Part shown: positions 1-9,017 of the stretch, piece by piece
Position numbering within the stretch: position 1 is the first letter of the stretch
Layout of the letters: each line of letters starts with the position of its first letter
From: Sulfolobales archaeon HS-7
GTDB taxonomy: Archaea > Thermoproteota > Thermoprotei_A > Sulfolobales > Sulfolobaceae
Direction of reading: 5' to 3'
NCBI GenBank assembly: GCA_019704295.1
Contig: AP024596.1
Coordinates: 576,001-640,000 of the forward strand
Length of the DNA: 64,000 nt
Position numbers and translations under genes: made by a program
Notes under the pieces: generated by a model
The model's input: only the letters and a program-made list of their open reading frames with translations
Databases searched by the model: none
Told to the model about the DNA's origin: nothing

Positions 1-1803
1 TATGAACAGGAATGGCTTATAACATTTGAAAACGGAGGCTACTCCTCATCTTCCCCATGTGGGATTAATACCAGAACTTACCACGGTTATCTAGTCCTAC
101 CCCAAAACTCTGCAGAAAATAGATATGTTTTCCTTTCTAAGGTAGAAGATTTCATTGTAGGAGATGAACCGCTGCCTCTTTCTACGAATGAGTACTTAGG
201 AGCTGTATATCCTCAGGGTTATAAATTCCTTGACTCGTTTGATTGGGAATCCAACTATGTGGAGTGGAATTACTCGTTCCCTGAAGGTAAGGTGAGGAAA
301 AGGTTGATAGTAGACACAAAGTCAGCAACAGTATCATTAGAATACGGTGTAGAGGGGGATTGGAAACTAAGGATTTGCCCTTTAATTACCTTCAGAAGTC
401 ACCATACTGTGAAACCCAGCGGATTTACTTACTTTACCTACAAGAAGGAAAACAACTTGTTAACAATATTTAGAGAACAGACGATTAAATTCCTTAACAT
501 CCATGTACAAGGAAATTTCAACATGGAGGATACAGGTTATTGGTATTATAACATGCTCTATAGAAAGGACAAGGAAAACGGTAATAACTACCTCGATAAC
601 GTATTTAATCCGTTTTGTATTGAAATATCAAGGAATAGTACTATTACGTTCTTCACAAATAAGTATAAACTAATCGAAATAAAAAAGAAACCGATGGATC
701 CCTTGTCACTGCTTCGTCAGGCTGCCCTCTCATTTATAGTTAAGGATACCAATTACTCAATAATAGCTGGTTACCATTGGTTTGGAGAATGGGGAAGAGA
801 TTCGCTGATCTCATTAGAGGGAATAGCGCTTCTAAACTCGCAATTCGAGGTGGCTAAAAACGTTCTGGAAAGGTATATAGCTAATAGTAATAGAGGGCTT
901 TTGCCTAACTCCTTTGACAGCGAAGGGAATCCCACATATAGGGGAGTTGACGTATCGCTATGGTGGTTTATCGCCGCGTATAAGTACTACCAATACTCTC
1001 ATGATTTAGAGTTCATAAGAAAAAATCTTCCGCTAATGCAAGACGTTATTGAAAACTACATTAAGGGCAACGGAGTCGTTAAGTTCAGGAATGGTCTAAT
1101 CGAGCATATTGGAGCTCCGCGAACGTGGATGGATGCTGAATTCGAGGGTAATGTATACACACCACGAGAGGGATTTGCAGTAGAAATTAATGCCCTATGG
1201 TATAACGCGTTAAGGATCTTTGACTATTTCTATTATCTAGTAAATAAAACGCAAATTTATACCGAGATCTCCCAAAAAACCTTTGCCAAGTTTAACGAGT
1301 TGTTCGAGAGCGATTGGGGGTTGTACGATTACCTGACTTCTAATCTTAAAGGTGATACGTCAGTAAGACCAAATCAAATTTTTGCTGTATCCCTCCCTTT
1401 TCTCGTCGTTACCGAGAGGTTAGGGAAGAAGATACTCTACAATATTGAGAAGTTCCTGCTCAGACCTTATGGATTAAGTACGCTAAATGCAAATGATCCC
1501 AAATATAGGCCAGTCTACGAAGGGGATAGAAAAAGCAGAGATGCGGCATACCATAACGGACCTATATGGCCCTGGCTTATCGGAGGTTATATTGAGGCAA
1601 AAATTAAGCTCGAAAACGATGAGATACAGACGAAGCAATTAATGAGCAGATTGGAGACCCTTATAAAGTACGCTTACAAAAACAACGGATATATTCCAGA
1701 GCTCTTTGATGACGTACCACCATATAGACCAAGAGGATGTATAGCGCAAGCTTGGAGTGTAGCAGAGGTACTAAGATCGATTGATCTTATATCAAAGTAT
1801 TGA
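1..1803 (+). CDS. Archaeal glycogen debranching enzyme (amylo-alpha-1,6-glucosidase family), 5'-truncated by window edge
   Basis: Frame is open from base 1 (YEQEWLITFENGGYSSSSPCGINTRTYHGYL, a typical N-terminal motif) and in frame with the 259..1803 ORF; IAGYHWFGEWGRD, TWMDA, VEINALWYNAL, YHNGPIWPW and GCIAQAWS motifs. Confidence 0.9.
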   Translation, partial: YEQEWLITFENGGYSSSSPCGINTRTYHGYLVLPQNSAENRYVFLSKVEDFIVGDEPLPLSTNEYLGAVYPQGYKFLDSFDWESNYVEWNYSFPEGKVRKRLIVDTKSATVSLEYGVEGDWKLRICPLITFRSHHTVKPSGFTYFTYKKENNLLTIFREQTIKFLNIHVQGNFNMEDTGYWYYNMLYRKDKENGNNYLDNVFNPFCIEISRNSTITFFTNKYKLIEIKKKPMDPLSLLRQAALSFIVKDTNYSIIAGYHWFGEWGRDSLISLEGIALLNSQFEVAKNVLERYIANSNRGLLPNSFDSEGNPTYRGVDVSLWWFIAAYKYYQYSHDLEFIRKNLPLMQDVIENYIKGNGVVKFRNGLIEHIGAPRTWMDAEFEGNVYTPREGFAVEINALWYNALRIFDYFYYLVNKTQIYTEISQKTFAKFNELFESDWGLYDYLTSNLKGDTSVRPNQIFAVSLPFLVVTERLGKKILYNIEKFLLRPYGLSTLNANDPKYRPVYEGDRKSRDAAYHNGPIWPWLIGGYIEAKIKLENDEIQTKQLMSRLETLIKYAYKNNGYIPELFDDVPPYRPRGCIAQAWSVAEVLRSIDLISKY

Positions 1804-1881
1804 ACCTATGCTTTAGAGTTTTTTGTTCCCTTTAACCGCTTCCGCCTTGATATTATTACTTGTTAATTTTATTTCATGAAT

Positions 1882-2155
1882 GCTGATGTGAACAGTTTCA
1901 GATAAACTGTAAAGTTTATATACTTTATATATAAAACATATTTCATAAATCTTATCATCATATGTGGATGAGTTTTCTCGAAAGGTAATAGACTACACAA
2001 GATGTGCGCGTTTCCCCACATCTATGTGCATGTATGAGTTGGGGTTATCCGCTAGAGGGACGAAGACGCATGAACGGGGCAAACTTTGTGACTTTAATGA
2101 AGTCCAAGGACAGAGGATTGAGATGAAATATGAAATCTTATGAAGCGCAAACCCC
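1882..2155 (+). mobile_element. IS607-derived non-autonomous element (~275 bp; left end fused to tnpB 3' end/right end, no ORF)
   Basis: Aligns by eye with 6221-6495 along its length and with both ends of the deleted IS607 at 46936-47626 (aagatgtg..ttccccac..ggggttatcc..agtccaagg.c.gaggatt..tgaaa..aaacccc). Confidence 0.75.
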
Positions 2156-2161
2156 AACTGT

Positions 2162-2192
2162 TTATAACTATTCTTATAACTAACTTATAACT
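2162..2192 (+). promoter_or_regulatory. Triple TTATAACT direct repeat in the thi4 promoter (TATA box/operator candidate)
   Basis: TTATAACT starts at 2162, 2174 and 2185, 20-50 bp upstream of the ATG at 2213. Confidence 0.45.
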
Positions 2193-2212
2193 TCTTAATG
2201 GTATACTAATGT

Positions 2213-2998
2213 ATGAAACAGGTAAACGAGGTTAGAATTAGTAAATATATAATAAAGGAAACTATGGAAGATTGGTTAGACTTCATCGATCAAGACGTCA
2301 TTATAGTTGGGGCCGGGCCGGCTGGAATGTCAGCAGCCTACTATTTAGCCTCTGCAGGATTAAAGACTACTATCTTCGAAAGGAGACTAGGATTCGGTGG
2401 TGGTATAGGAGGAGGTGCGATGCTGTTTCATAAAATTATAATTGAAGAGCCAGCAAACCAAATACTAGACGAGATTCACGTTAAATACAAAAGGCTTGAG
2501 GAAGGAATTTACGTCGTTGATACCGCAGAGTTAATGGCGAAACTTGCCTCAGCGGCTATTGACGCAGGTGCTAGAATTATAAATGGGGTTTCCGTCGACG
2601 ACGTAATATTCAGGGAAAACCCACTGAGAGTAGCAGGGGTTGCGGTAGAGTGGACTGCGACTCAAATCGCAAACCTTCACGTGGATCCAATTTTTATTTC
2701 GGCAAAGGCAGTGATTGACGCCACAGGACATGATGCCGAAATAATATCGGTAGCATCAAGAAAGTTGCCTGAGCTCAACATAATGATTCCTGGAGAGAAA
2801 CCAGCTTATTCGGAAATAGCTGAGGAATTAACAGTGGAGAATACGGGTATGGTAGCCCCGGGTCTCTACGCTGCCGGTATGGCTGTAACTGAGGTTAAGG
2901 CGTTACCAAGAATGGGACCGATATTCGGTTCGATGTTAATGTCAGGTAAAAGAGTAGCTGAACTTATAATAAGTGATTTGCAAATTGTAAAGAAGTGA
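2213..2998 (+). CDS. thi4: Sulfide-dependent thiazole synthase (Thi4 family)
   Basis: GAGPAG dinucleotide-binding motif, GGGIGGG, LHVDP (His rather than Cys, non-suicide type), [17 protein letters not shown]. Confidence 0.93.
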   Translation: MKQVNEVRISKYIIKETMEDWLDFIDQDVIIVGAGPAGMSAAYYLASAGLKTTIFERRLGFGGGIGGGAMLFHKIIIEEPANQILDEIHVKYKRLEEGIYVVDTAELMAKLASAAIDAGARIINGVSVDDVIFRENPLRVAGVAVEWTATQIANLHVDPIFISAKAVIDATGHDAEIISVASRKLPELNIMIPGEKPAYSEIAEELTVENTGMVAPGLYAAGMAVTEVKALPRMGPIFGSMLMSGKRVAELIISDLQIVKK

Positions 2999-3002
2999 TA
3001 AT

Positions 3003-3197
3003 ATGCCAATGGAACTTCACACGCAGGTCAACTCTTTACGATGCTACCAATGCGGAACCATAATCAGATCAAATCCTGTAGTTATAAAGACTTGCTGTGA
3101 TAATAAACCGAAAGTTTTTTGCAGTAAAAGATGTTATGAAGTTTGGTTAGGAAGATGGATGAGAAATCAGGAACAGGCCAGAGGCCGCTCGTTATAG
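3003..3197 (+). CDS. Small TRASH-like metal-binding protein
   Basis: CYQC...CC...FCSKRC pattern; directly follows thi4. Confidence 0.65.
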   Translation: MPMELHTQVNSLRCYQCGTIIRSNPVVIKTCCDNKPKVFCSKRCYEVWLGRWMRNQEQARGRSL

Positions 3198-3784
3198 CAA
3201 TATCTGGTGCAAGCGGTATTCAATACGGATTAAGAGCAGTTTACCTTTTAAAGGAAATGGGGGAGAATTTCTCCGTAATAATAACAGAAGGAGCGAAAAA
3301 GGTTACTAAATCGGAATGCAGCGTGGATTTAAGAGAGGAGATCGAGAAAATTAGCGTAAAGGTTTTTGAGGATTCGGAATTAGACGCACCTTTCTCTAGT
3401 TCGAGTTATCTAATAAGGGGAATGATTGTTATACCCTGTAGTCTTGACGTATTAGCAATGATAGCTAGCGGGATAACTTCTACTTTAGTGGGGAGAGTTG
3501 CGGCTAACGTACTAAGGATGAGGTGGAGGTTAGTTCTAGTATTAAGGGAGACTCCCTTGGGTGTGATAGAATTGAGCAATGCATTAAAAGTGGCAAAAGC
3601 CGGTGGCATAATTCTTCCAACTTCTCCTGGATTTTATTCAGGAATGAGAACTGTGCGGGATGTAATAGACTTCGTTGTGGGAAAAACGTTTGATGCCTTT
3701 GGTATAGAGCACTCGATATATAAAAGGTGGTCTAAATATAATCAGCATCCTTGTGACCTAGCCTCTTTGACAGAATCTTCTTAG
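3143..3784 (+). CDS. ubiX: Flavin prenyltransferase UbiX family (true start probably ~3155)
   Basis: AISGASG, IPCS, LVLRETP, ILPTSPGFY motifs. Confidence 0.9.
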   Translation: MVRKMDEKSGTGQRPLVIAISGASGIQYGLRAVYLLKEMGENFSVIITEGAKKVTKSECSVDLREEIEKISVKVFEDSELDAPFSSSSYLIRGMIVIPCSLDVLAMIASGITSTLVGRVAANVLRMRWRLVLVLRETPLGVIELSNALKVAKAGGIILPTSPGFYSGMRTVRDVIDFVVGKTFDAFGIEHSIYKRWSKYNQHPCDLASLTESS

Positions 3785-4127
3785 CTGCCTTATCTATTTC
3801 ATCCTCGTATTCCATATCACTTTCCTCCTTTTTACCGTCATCCCTCTTTTCAATGGCGAAAGCACACTTATTTCCTGGAAGTAATGCCCTCTTATCGCAG
3901 TAAGCATACTGGCAATCTCCTGTAATACAGGTATCCCCGGCCCACCTACAGAAGCCAATTTTGTATGGATTTCCTTTCATATATTTGGTAGTTATCATAA
4001 GGGCTTTCTTATTACATCTAAAATAAGGGCAGAGATAGCTACATTTCTCCCCTAAAGGCATTGGTTTAAGTTCCCCATCAGAAATCTGAGGAGGTCTTCT
4101 CCCTATCAAATCATCACGTCTTGACAA
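3732..4127 (-). CDS. Cys-rich hypothetical protein
   Basis: CSYLCPYFRC and CRWAGDTCITGDCQYAYC; co-oriented downstream of endA. Confidence 0.7.
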   Translation of the reverse strand: MSRRDDLIGRRPPQISDGELKPMPLGEKCSYLCPYFRCNKKALMITTKYMKGNPYKIGFCRWAGDTCITGDCQYAYCDKRALLPGNKCAFAIEKRDDGKKEESDMEYEDEIDKAAKKILSKRLGHKDADYI

Positions 4128-4163
4128 ACTCGTAAACCTCCAATACTCTTTCCTATTTCATTA

Positions 4164-4718
4164 TTATAATCTTACCCATTTAAATGTTACGTATCTTACA
4201 GTATTAAATTTTGAATTGACAAAAGCAAGTATAAGTTTTTTTCTAACACTATGAGATACTCTACCGAAGCCCATTATCTCGTTTGCAAGAAGATTACGAT
4301 CATCCTTCAACGCTATTACTAAATATGGTGCATGTTCTAGCCCCGGTCCTAAGTTGTATAGTGCGTAATCAGCTCCGTATTTTAATCCAGATCTTACAAT
4401 AAATCCCTTTTCTCTTAGAGATTTGTATACTGTAAAAAGTTCATCAAAACGCCTGTTGTAACCCTTTGCCTTCTCCATTAATTCACTATATCCTATCACC
4501 CTATTATCTATATCCCTTACCCTGAGCATCGAGCGCTCACTTAGGTAAACCGCTTCGACGAGTGAAAGCTCCAACGGCGTATTGACATCCTTTGCTTTAT
4601 TTACTCCTACTGGTTTTCCGAAGTAGCTGTAAATGTAAAGTCGTTTTGAGCTCTGAATATCGAATACTACAACTTTATCGCCGATTAGAACTCCATCGAT
4701 TGTCTGCTCACTTGCCAA
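4164..4718 (-). CDS. endA: tRNA-splicing endonuclease, catalytic subunit
   Basis: LELSLVEAVYL, RSGLKYGADYALY, GPGLEHAPY and RVSHSVRKK contain the Y/H/K catalytic triad. Confidence 0.92.
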   Translation of the reverse strand: MASEQTIDGVLIGDKVVVFDIQSSKRLYIYSYFGKPVGVNKAKDVNTPLELSLVEAVYLSERSMLRVRDIDNRVIGYSELMEKAKGYNRRFDELFTVYKSLREKGFIVRSGLKYGADYALYNLGPGLEHAPYLVIALKDDRNLLANEIMGFGRVSHSVRKKLILAFVNSKFNTVRYVTFKWVRL

Positions 4719-4749
4719 AGAATTCCCCGACTTGGGAGCACTGTGAAAT

Positions 4750-5898
4750 TCAATCGCTACTAGTTTCGTTTACATGCTTTGATTCCTTGCCCCCTTTGAC
4801 GTCCTCCGCCTTCTTAAACCTTCCCTTTAATCTCTCCATGATTTTAGGCAACGTTGTATATTCCATTTCCGAAGGTTCTAATCTATGAGGCATAAAGGGT
4901 CCATGTCTTCTCATGTACTCTGTTACAATGTTCGCAGTTCTTCGGGTTTCGTCAAATGCCGGATCATCAAATAAGTCGCTAGGTCCTACCAGTTTCCCAT
5001 CTTTTATATTAAACCCTAACCCTATAAGACGGGGAGGGCCATCAAATCTAGTTGCCCTAGCATCCCTCTGTGATACCGGCATTAATGGTCCATAATGACT
5101 CCCCCTCATCCACCCTGCTACGAGATGAGGAAATGAAAAGGCTTCTAGGGCCTCTCCAAGGGCAGGAAATCCGTGTTGAAGCCTAACTATAAGCACTGGA
5201 TCGTCCTTTCCTACGTATTTCCCAGCTATCAGATTTAGTCTATCTACGGTTACAACAGTCGCCTGTTCGTCATCACCTCTTCTAAAGACTTTCCTAACTA
5301 TATACCTGCTCGGTGTTCCAATTAATGCTAGGATATCGTAAAGTTCCTCTGGGGATGATAAAGTTACGCTTTCCCCTTCGTATACGTCTAAAATTTCGAA
5401 ATTAAAACCTACATGCATTAGGGGGTCTATGACGAGCCCCGCCGTGTTAAAGGGATCAGCAAACATTTTGTATACTGGCAAATTGAACGCTCCAGGTTCT
5501 GTTTTATCCGCCATGAATATAGCTATAGGTTCCGACTTTCTCTCCTCAAATTCCATTTCAGCTACTCCTGGTCCCATACCTCTAATGTTTCCCGAAAAGG
5601 AATCCGATAATAGGTCTTGGCCTGCTGCATACAAACCTAATTCCTGAGCAACTTTTGTTGCTTCCTTAAATGCATTCCACGCTACCTCATGGACTTTTGA
5701 GTCATAAACTCCCCGGGTGTGAGTCATTATTAGCTCCATGTCATCTCCAACGTTAGTAATGTAAAAATCTCCAATTATCCCATCCTTTTTCGCCTGTGAT
5801 AACACTTTACTTGCGACGGCCATAGTATCTGGATGTGTTACATGATGTCCAGCTAATGAACCTATATCAGCCTTTATTACACTTATTGTAACCTTCAT
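4750..5898 (-). CDS. fbp: Bifunctional fructose-1,6-bisphosphate aldolase/phosphatase (class V)
   Basis: KADIGSLAGH, GQDLLSDSFSGN, DKTEPGAFN, YVGKDDP, GWMRGSH, MRRHGPF. Confidence 0.96.
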   Translation of the reverse strand: MKVTISVIKADIGSLAGHHVTHPDTMAVASKVLSQAKKDGIIGDFYITNVGDDMELIMTHTRGVYDSKVHEVAWNAFKEATKVAQELGLYAAGQDLLSDSFSGNIRGMGPGVAEMEFEERKSEPIAIFMADKTEPGAFNLPVYKMFADPFNTAGLVIDPLMHVGFNFEILDVYEGESVTLSSPEELYDILALIGTPSRYIVRKVFRRGDDEQATVVTVDRLNLIAGKYVGKDDPVLIVRLQHGFPALGEALEAFSFPHLVAGWMRGSHYGPLMPVSQRDARATRFDGPPRLIGLGFNIKDGKLVGPSDLFDDPAFDETRRTANIVTEYMRRHGPFMPHRLEPSEMEYTTLPKIMERLKGRFKKAEDVKGGKESKHVNETSSD

Positions 5899-5957
5899 AC
5901 CAACTTATTGAGTACTAGAATTAAATAGTTAGTCTGTGAGAATCGTCAATGGACTTT

Positions 5958-6215
5958 ATGAACGTGCTACCCCAAACCGTGATTTCCTGCTTCTGTGGGT
6001 AACCTGGATTCCTAACAAGGGTTTCATTTAAGGTATCCTGTAAGTATTGTACTAGAGAGATTATGAAGGGTCTTAACCGATGTAATTTACCGACTCAATT
6101 GGAACAACGTAGCTCAAGCAACCCAGGTCTTAGACACATTGTGTTTTTTACATTATAGAAACAATAAAGGGATTATCCTCCATGGAGCTTACATCCCCTA
6201 GTCCCCCTTCTTATT
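5958..6215 (-). mobile_element. Heavily degraded IS200/IS605-type MITE copy
   Basis: atgaac end followed by gatttcctgcttc matches the family right end; weak similarity to the left-end hairpin near 6165-6210. Confidence 0.45.
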
Positions 6216-6220
6216 GAAGT

Positions 6221-6495
6221 GTCGTTGTCAACAGTTTCGAATAAACAGTAAAGTTAATGTATTTTATATATAAAATATATTTTTTAATCCAGTTACCGGT
6301 AAATGAGCTTCCCGGAAGGGTGACAGGGCACTAGATGCGCGTATGTTCCCATACATACATGAGCAGGTGTGGGTTAAGGTTATCCCGCTAAAGGGATAAG
6401 GGAGGATGAATAGGACAAACCCCCCTGACTTCGGCGAAGTCCAAGGGCTGAGGATTGGGAACAAATATCGTGAAATCCTAGAAAGCCCAACCTCC
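6221..6495 (+). mobile_element. IS607-derived non-autonomous element (second copy)
   Basis: Colinear with 1882-2155: acagtttc.ataaac.gtaaagtt left end and gaagtccaagggctgaggattgg right-end block. Confidence 0.75.
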
Positions 6496-6597
6496 GTAGG
6501 CAAAACCCTTACAAGATTTTCAATATATCTCTGGAACATAATAATGAAACTAATGTTTTTCACATTTAAACTTAGGAAACCCCTTTACTTTTCAACG

Positions 6598-6900
6598 TTT
6601 ATCTTCATTTAGTGGTTCAATGGACTATCCATCCTCACGAGTCTTTCGCCCCCTTTGTATTAGCCTTTGTATTAGTTTGATTACCGTTCGCAGTCTGATA
6701 TCAATAACATTCATCGACAAAATAAGCATCACCTAGACGCCTAAGCGAAGATCGATGTGGTATGCCTCTGCTCCGATTACAGTCCCACGCTAGACACTAA
6801 ATGTTAACTACTGGTTGCGACTCTCAGAGCTAGTGGACCCCCATGTGTAAGGTGAAACCAAGAAACAAGAAGCTCCTTCTCTAGAGAGGGGTGGGCTCAC
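6598..6900 (+). mobile_element. IS200/IS605-type MITE (SMN1-like, ~300 bp)
   Basis: Matches the reverse complement of 54924-55233 throughout (gttcgcag..tatcaa..catcgac..gatgtggtatgcctct..acactaa.gttaac..gaagc..ggggtgggctcac). Confidence 0.8.
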
Positions 6901-6990
6901 ATTATCGTGCGACAGTTAATAATGTTTCCGCTCTTTTTGGAAACCTCCACATTTATAACTTAGATCTGCTTGATCTTACTGGGAAGGAAA

Positions 6991-7224
6991 ATGGGCAACA
7001 TATATACTAATGATATAAAGCGTATAGCGCAAAAAATATATGAGGAGCATAAAGCTGAGGTTACAAAAAAATTTGAGGATAACAAGAAACTTGTTTCAAA
7101 ATATCTAATTACGCCGTCAAAAAAGGTACGGAATAGAGTTGCCGGTTACTTGACTAGATACGCTAAGGTTGCTGAATCCTTAGCTAATAGGGAAATAAAG
7201 TACGAAGAGGAAGATAATGGTTAA
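6991..7224 (+). CDS. rps17e: 30S ribosomal protein S17e
   Basis: MGNIYTNDIKR...FEDNKKLV...SKKVRNRVAGY; ATG at 6991 preferred over the upstream TTG. Confidence 0.95.
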   Translation: MGNIYTNDIKRIAQKIYEEHKAEVTKKFEDNKKLVSKYLITPSKKVRNRVAGYLTRYAKVAESLANREIKYEEEDNG

Positions 7225-7459
7225 GGTAAACTTTTACGGACCTCTTAAGAACTATTTTGGTAACACTGCGGAAGTAAAGGGAAGAACACTACTCGAAATT
7301 CTAAGCTCTATAGATGCTAATAACGTGCTCATAGAAAGGAAACAAAATAAAATAAAATCGGGAATCATAATACTAATTGATGGAATGGACTGGAGAATAA
7401 ACAGTGCTATCAACGATGAAAGTCAAATAGATATAATTCCCGTCAATCACGGTGGTTAA
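7217..7459 (+). CDS. Ubiquitin-like modifier/sulfur carrier (Urm1/SAMP, ThiS-MoaD fold)
   Basis: Beta-grasp size, IILIDG, C-terminal NHGG; rps17e-urm1-cgi121 context. Confidence 0.85.
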   Translation: MVKVNFYGPLKNYFGNTAEVKGRTLLEILSSIDANNVLIERKQNKIKSGIIILIDGMDWRINSAINDESQIDIIPVNHGG

Positions 7460-7829
7460 ATTAAGTCAAATAGAAGTTGAGCGTATATCGTTAAGTGATA
7501 TTCGCTATGACGACGAGTGCGTAACGCAGATTGTAAGGGAAAAATCCCCTGAATTACTAATTAGGCAGGCGTGCTATATACTATGGAAAGAGATAGAGGG
7601 GAAAAAAACAATATTGAAAAATCCCACTGCAGAGCTTCTAATACTACTAGCAGGTACGAGAAATCTCAAGGAGGCTATGAATAAATTAGGAGCAAGCGAA
7701 GGGGAAAGGGGATTTTTAACACAGTGTTGCAAAGTTCACTTATCAACATTTAACCAAATGGATTACGTGATTAGTATGGAAGAAAGGCTAAAACTTTCAG
7801 CTAATGCCATCCTTCACGTGGAGATGTAA
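7452..7829 (+). CDS. cgi121: KEOPS complex subunit Cgi121-like
   Basis: ELLILLAGTRNLKEAMNKLG resembles the Cgi121 signature; gene context. Confidence 0.7.
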   Translation: MVKLSQIEVERISLSDIRYDDECVTQIVREKSPELLIRQACYILWKEIEGKKTILKNPTAELLILLAGTRNLKEAMNKLGASEGERGFLTQCCKVHLSTFNQMDYVISMEERLKLSANAILHVEM

Positions 7830-7985
7830 AATTATATTTCCTATCTGAAACTCCGCGATGTCATTAATTCTGTCTTCTTAATAGTTCAAGATATTTCGAT
7901 TTATGACCTAATTTCCGCTTCTGATCACAATTTTATTAATCATGTATAACACTTAAATAACTAAATCCCTAACTTTATAAGGAAC

Positions 7986-9017
7986 ATGTCCGCGAACATT
8001 GGGATATTTATAATTAGGAGAATTATCAACGCTATAATAACTTTGATATTACTGATAGTGATACTATTTATCTTAATTCATATTATAGCGCCATCTCCTT
8101 TAGCCCTAGCGAGAATATATGCAGCAAATCCTCATGCCCCATATTCAGAACTCGATCAGATCATCAAAGAATACGGCCTAAATAAACCCCTTTACGTTCA
8201 GATTATAAACTACATAATAAACGTGTTACATGGAAATTTAGGTTTCGATCCAATATATAAAGTCCCAGAGATCAGCCTTATAGGGCAATATCTACCTATA
8301 ACTCTCGAATTAGTTATCCCCGCAACGATATTAGCCGTAGTAATAGGCCTATTATCGGGAGCAGTTGCTGCATCGAATAGGAACAAACCCCTAGATTACT
8401 TTGTCAAGGGAGTTTACCTAGTCACTTGGGCGTCTCCTCCTTTTCTCGTTGCAACTGCATTGCTTATATTTTTTGCATTTGACCTACACTTATTGCCGAG
8501 TAACGGCGTCGTAAATCCAACCCTTACTGCGCCCCCAAAATATACGCCTTTTCCAGTCCTCAACTCGATAGTTGCGGGTGACTGGACTTATTTCGCGAGT
8601 CTCGTTCATCATATGGTCTTACCGGTTTTGTCTCTATCTCTAGTAAGTTTCGGAATAGTTACCAGATTAACCAGGGCTTCAATGTTAGATTATATGGATA
8701 CAGATTTCGCTAGATTAAGTCTAATGAAGGGATTGAGCCGAAGACGCGTGATTTACGGTGTGGTCCTGAGAAATGCCTCTATACCATTAATAACTCTTAT
8801 AGCGTTACTTTTCGGATACTCGGTCGCAGGAGCAGTAGTTATAGAGGATATATATCACTATTTCGGAATGGGATACTTTATAACTCAGGCCATATTTAAT
8901 CTCGATTACATAGCTATACTAGATACCACGTTGATAATCGGAATATCAATAATAGCAGCCAACCTAATAGCAGATATATTATATGGAGTTGTTGATCCAA
9001 GGGTGAGACTAGAATGA
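7986..9017 (+). CDS. Oligopeptide/dipeptide ABC permease (DppB/OppB type)
   Basis: YGLNKPLYVQ, multiple TM helices, EAA-loop region, NLIADILYGVVDPRVR. Confidence 0.92.
   Translation: MSANIGIFIIRRIINAIITLILLIVILFILIHIIAPSPLALARIYAANPHAPYSELDQIIKEYGLNKPLYVQIINYIINVLHGNLGFDPIYKVPEISLIGQYLPITLELVIPATILAVVIGLLSGAVAASNRNKPLDYFVKGVYLVTWASPPFLVATALLIFFAFDLHLLPSNGVVNPTLTAPPKYTPFPVLNSIVAGDWTYFASLVHHMVLPVLSLSLVSFGIVTRLTRASMLDYMDTDFARLSLMKGLSRRRVIYGVVLRNASIPLITLIALLFGYSVAGAVVIEDIYHYFGMGYFITQAIFNLDYIAILDTTLIIGISIIAANLIADILYGVVDPRVRLE

Noticed and set aside
6264-6612. Two overlapping ORFs (99 aa and 68 aa)
   Set aside because: They lie within the IS607-derived cassette; residual tnpB tail or antisense frames with no independent coding signal.
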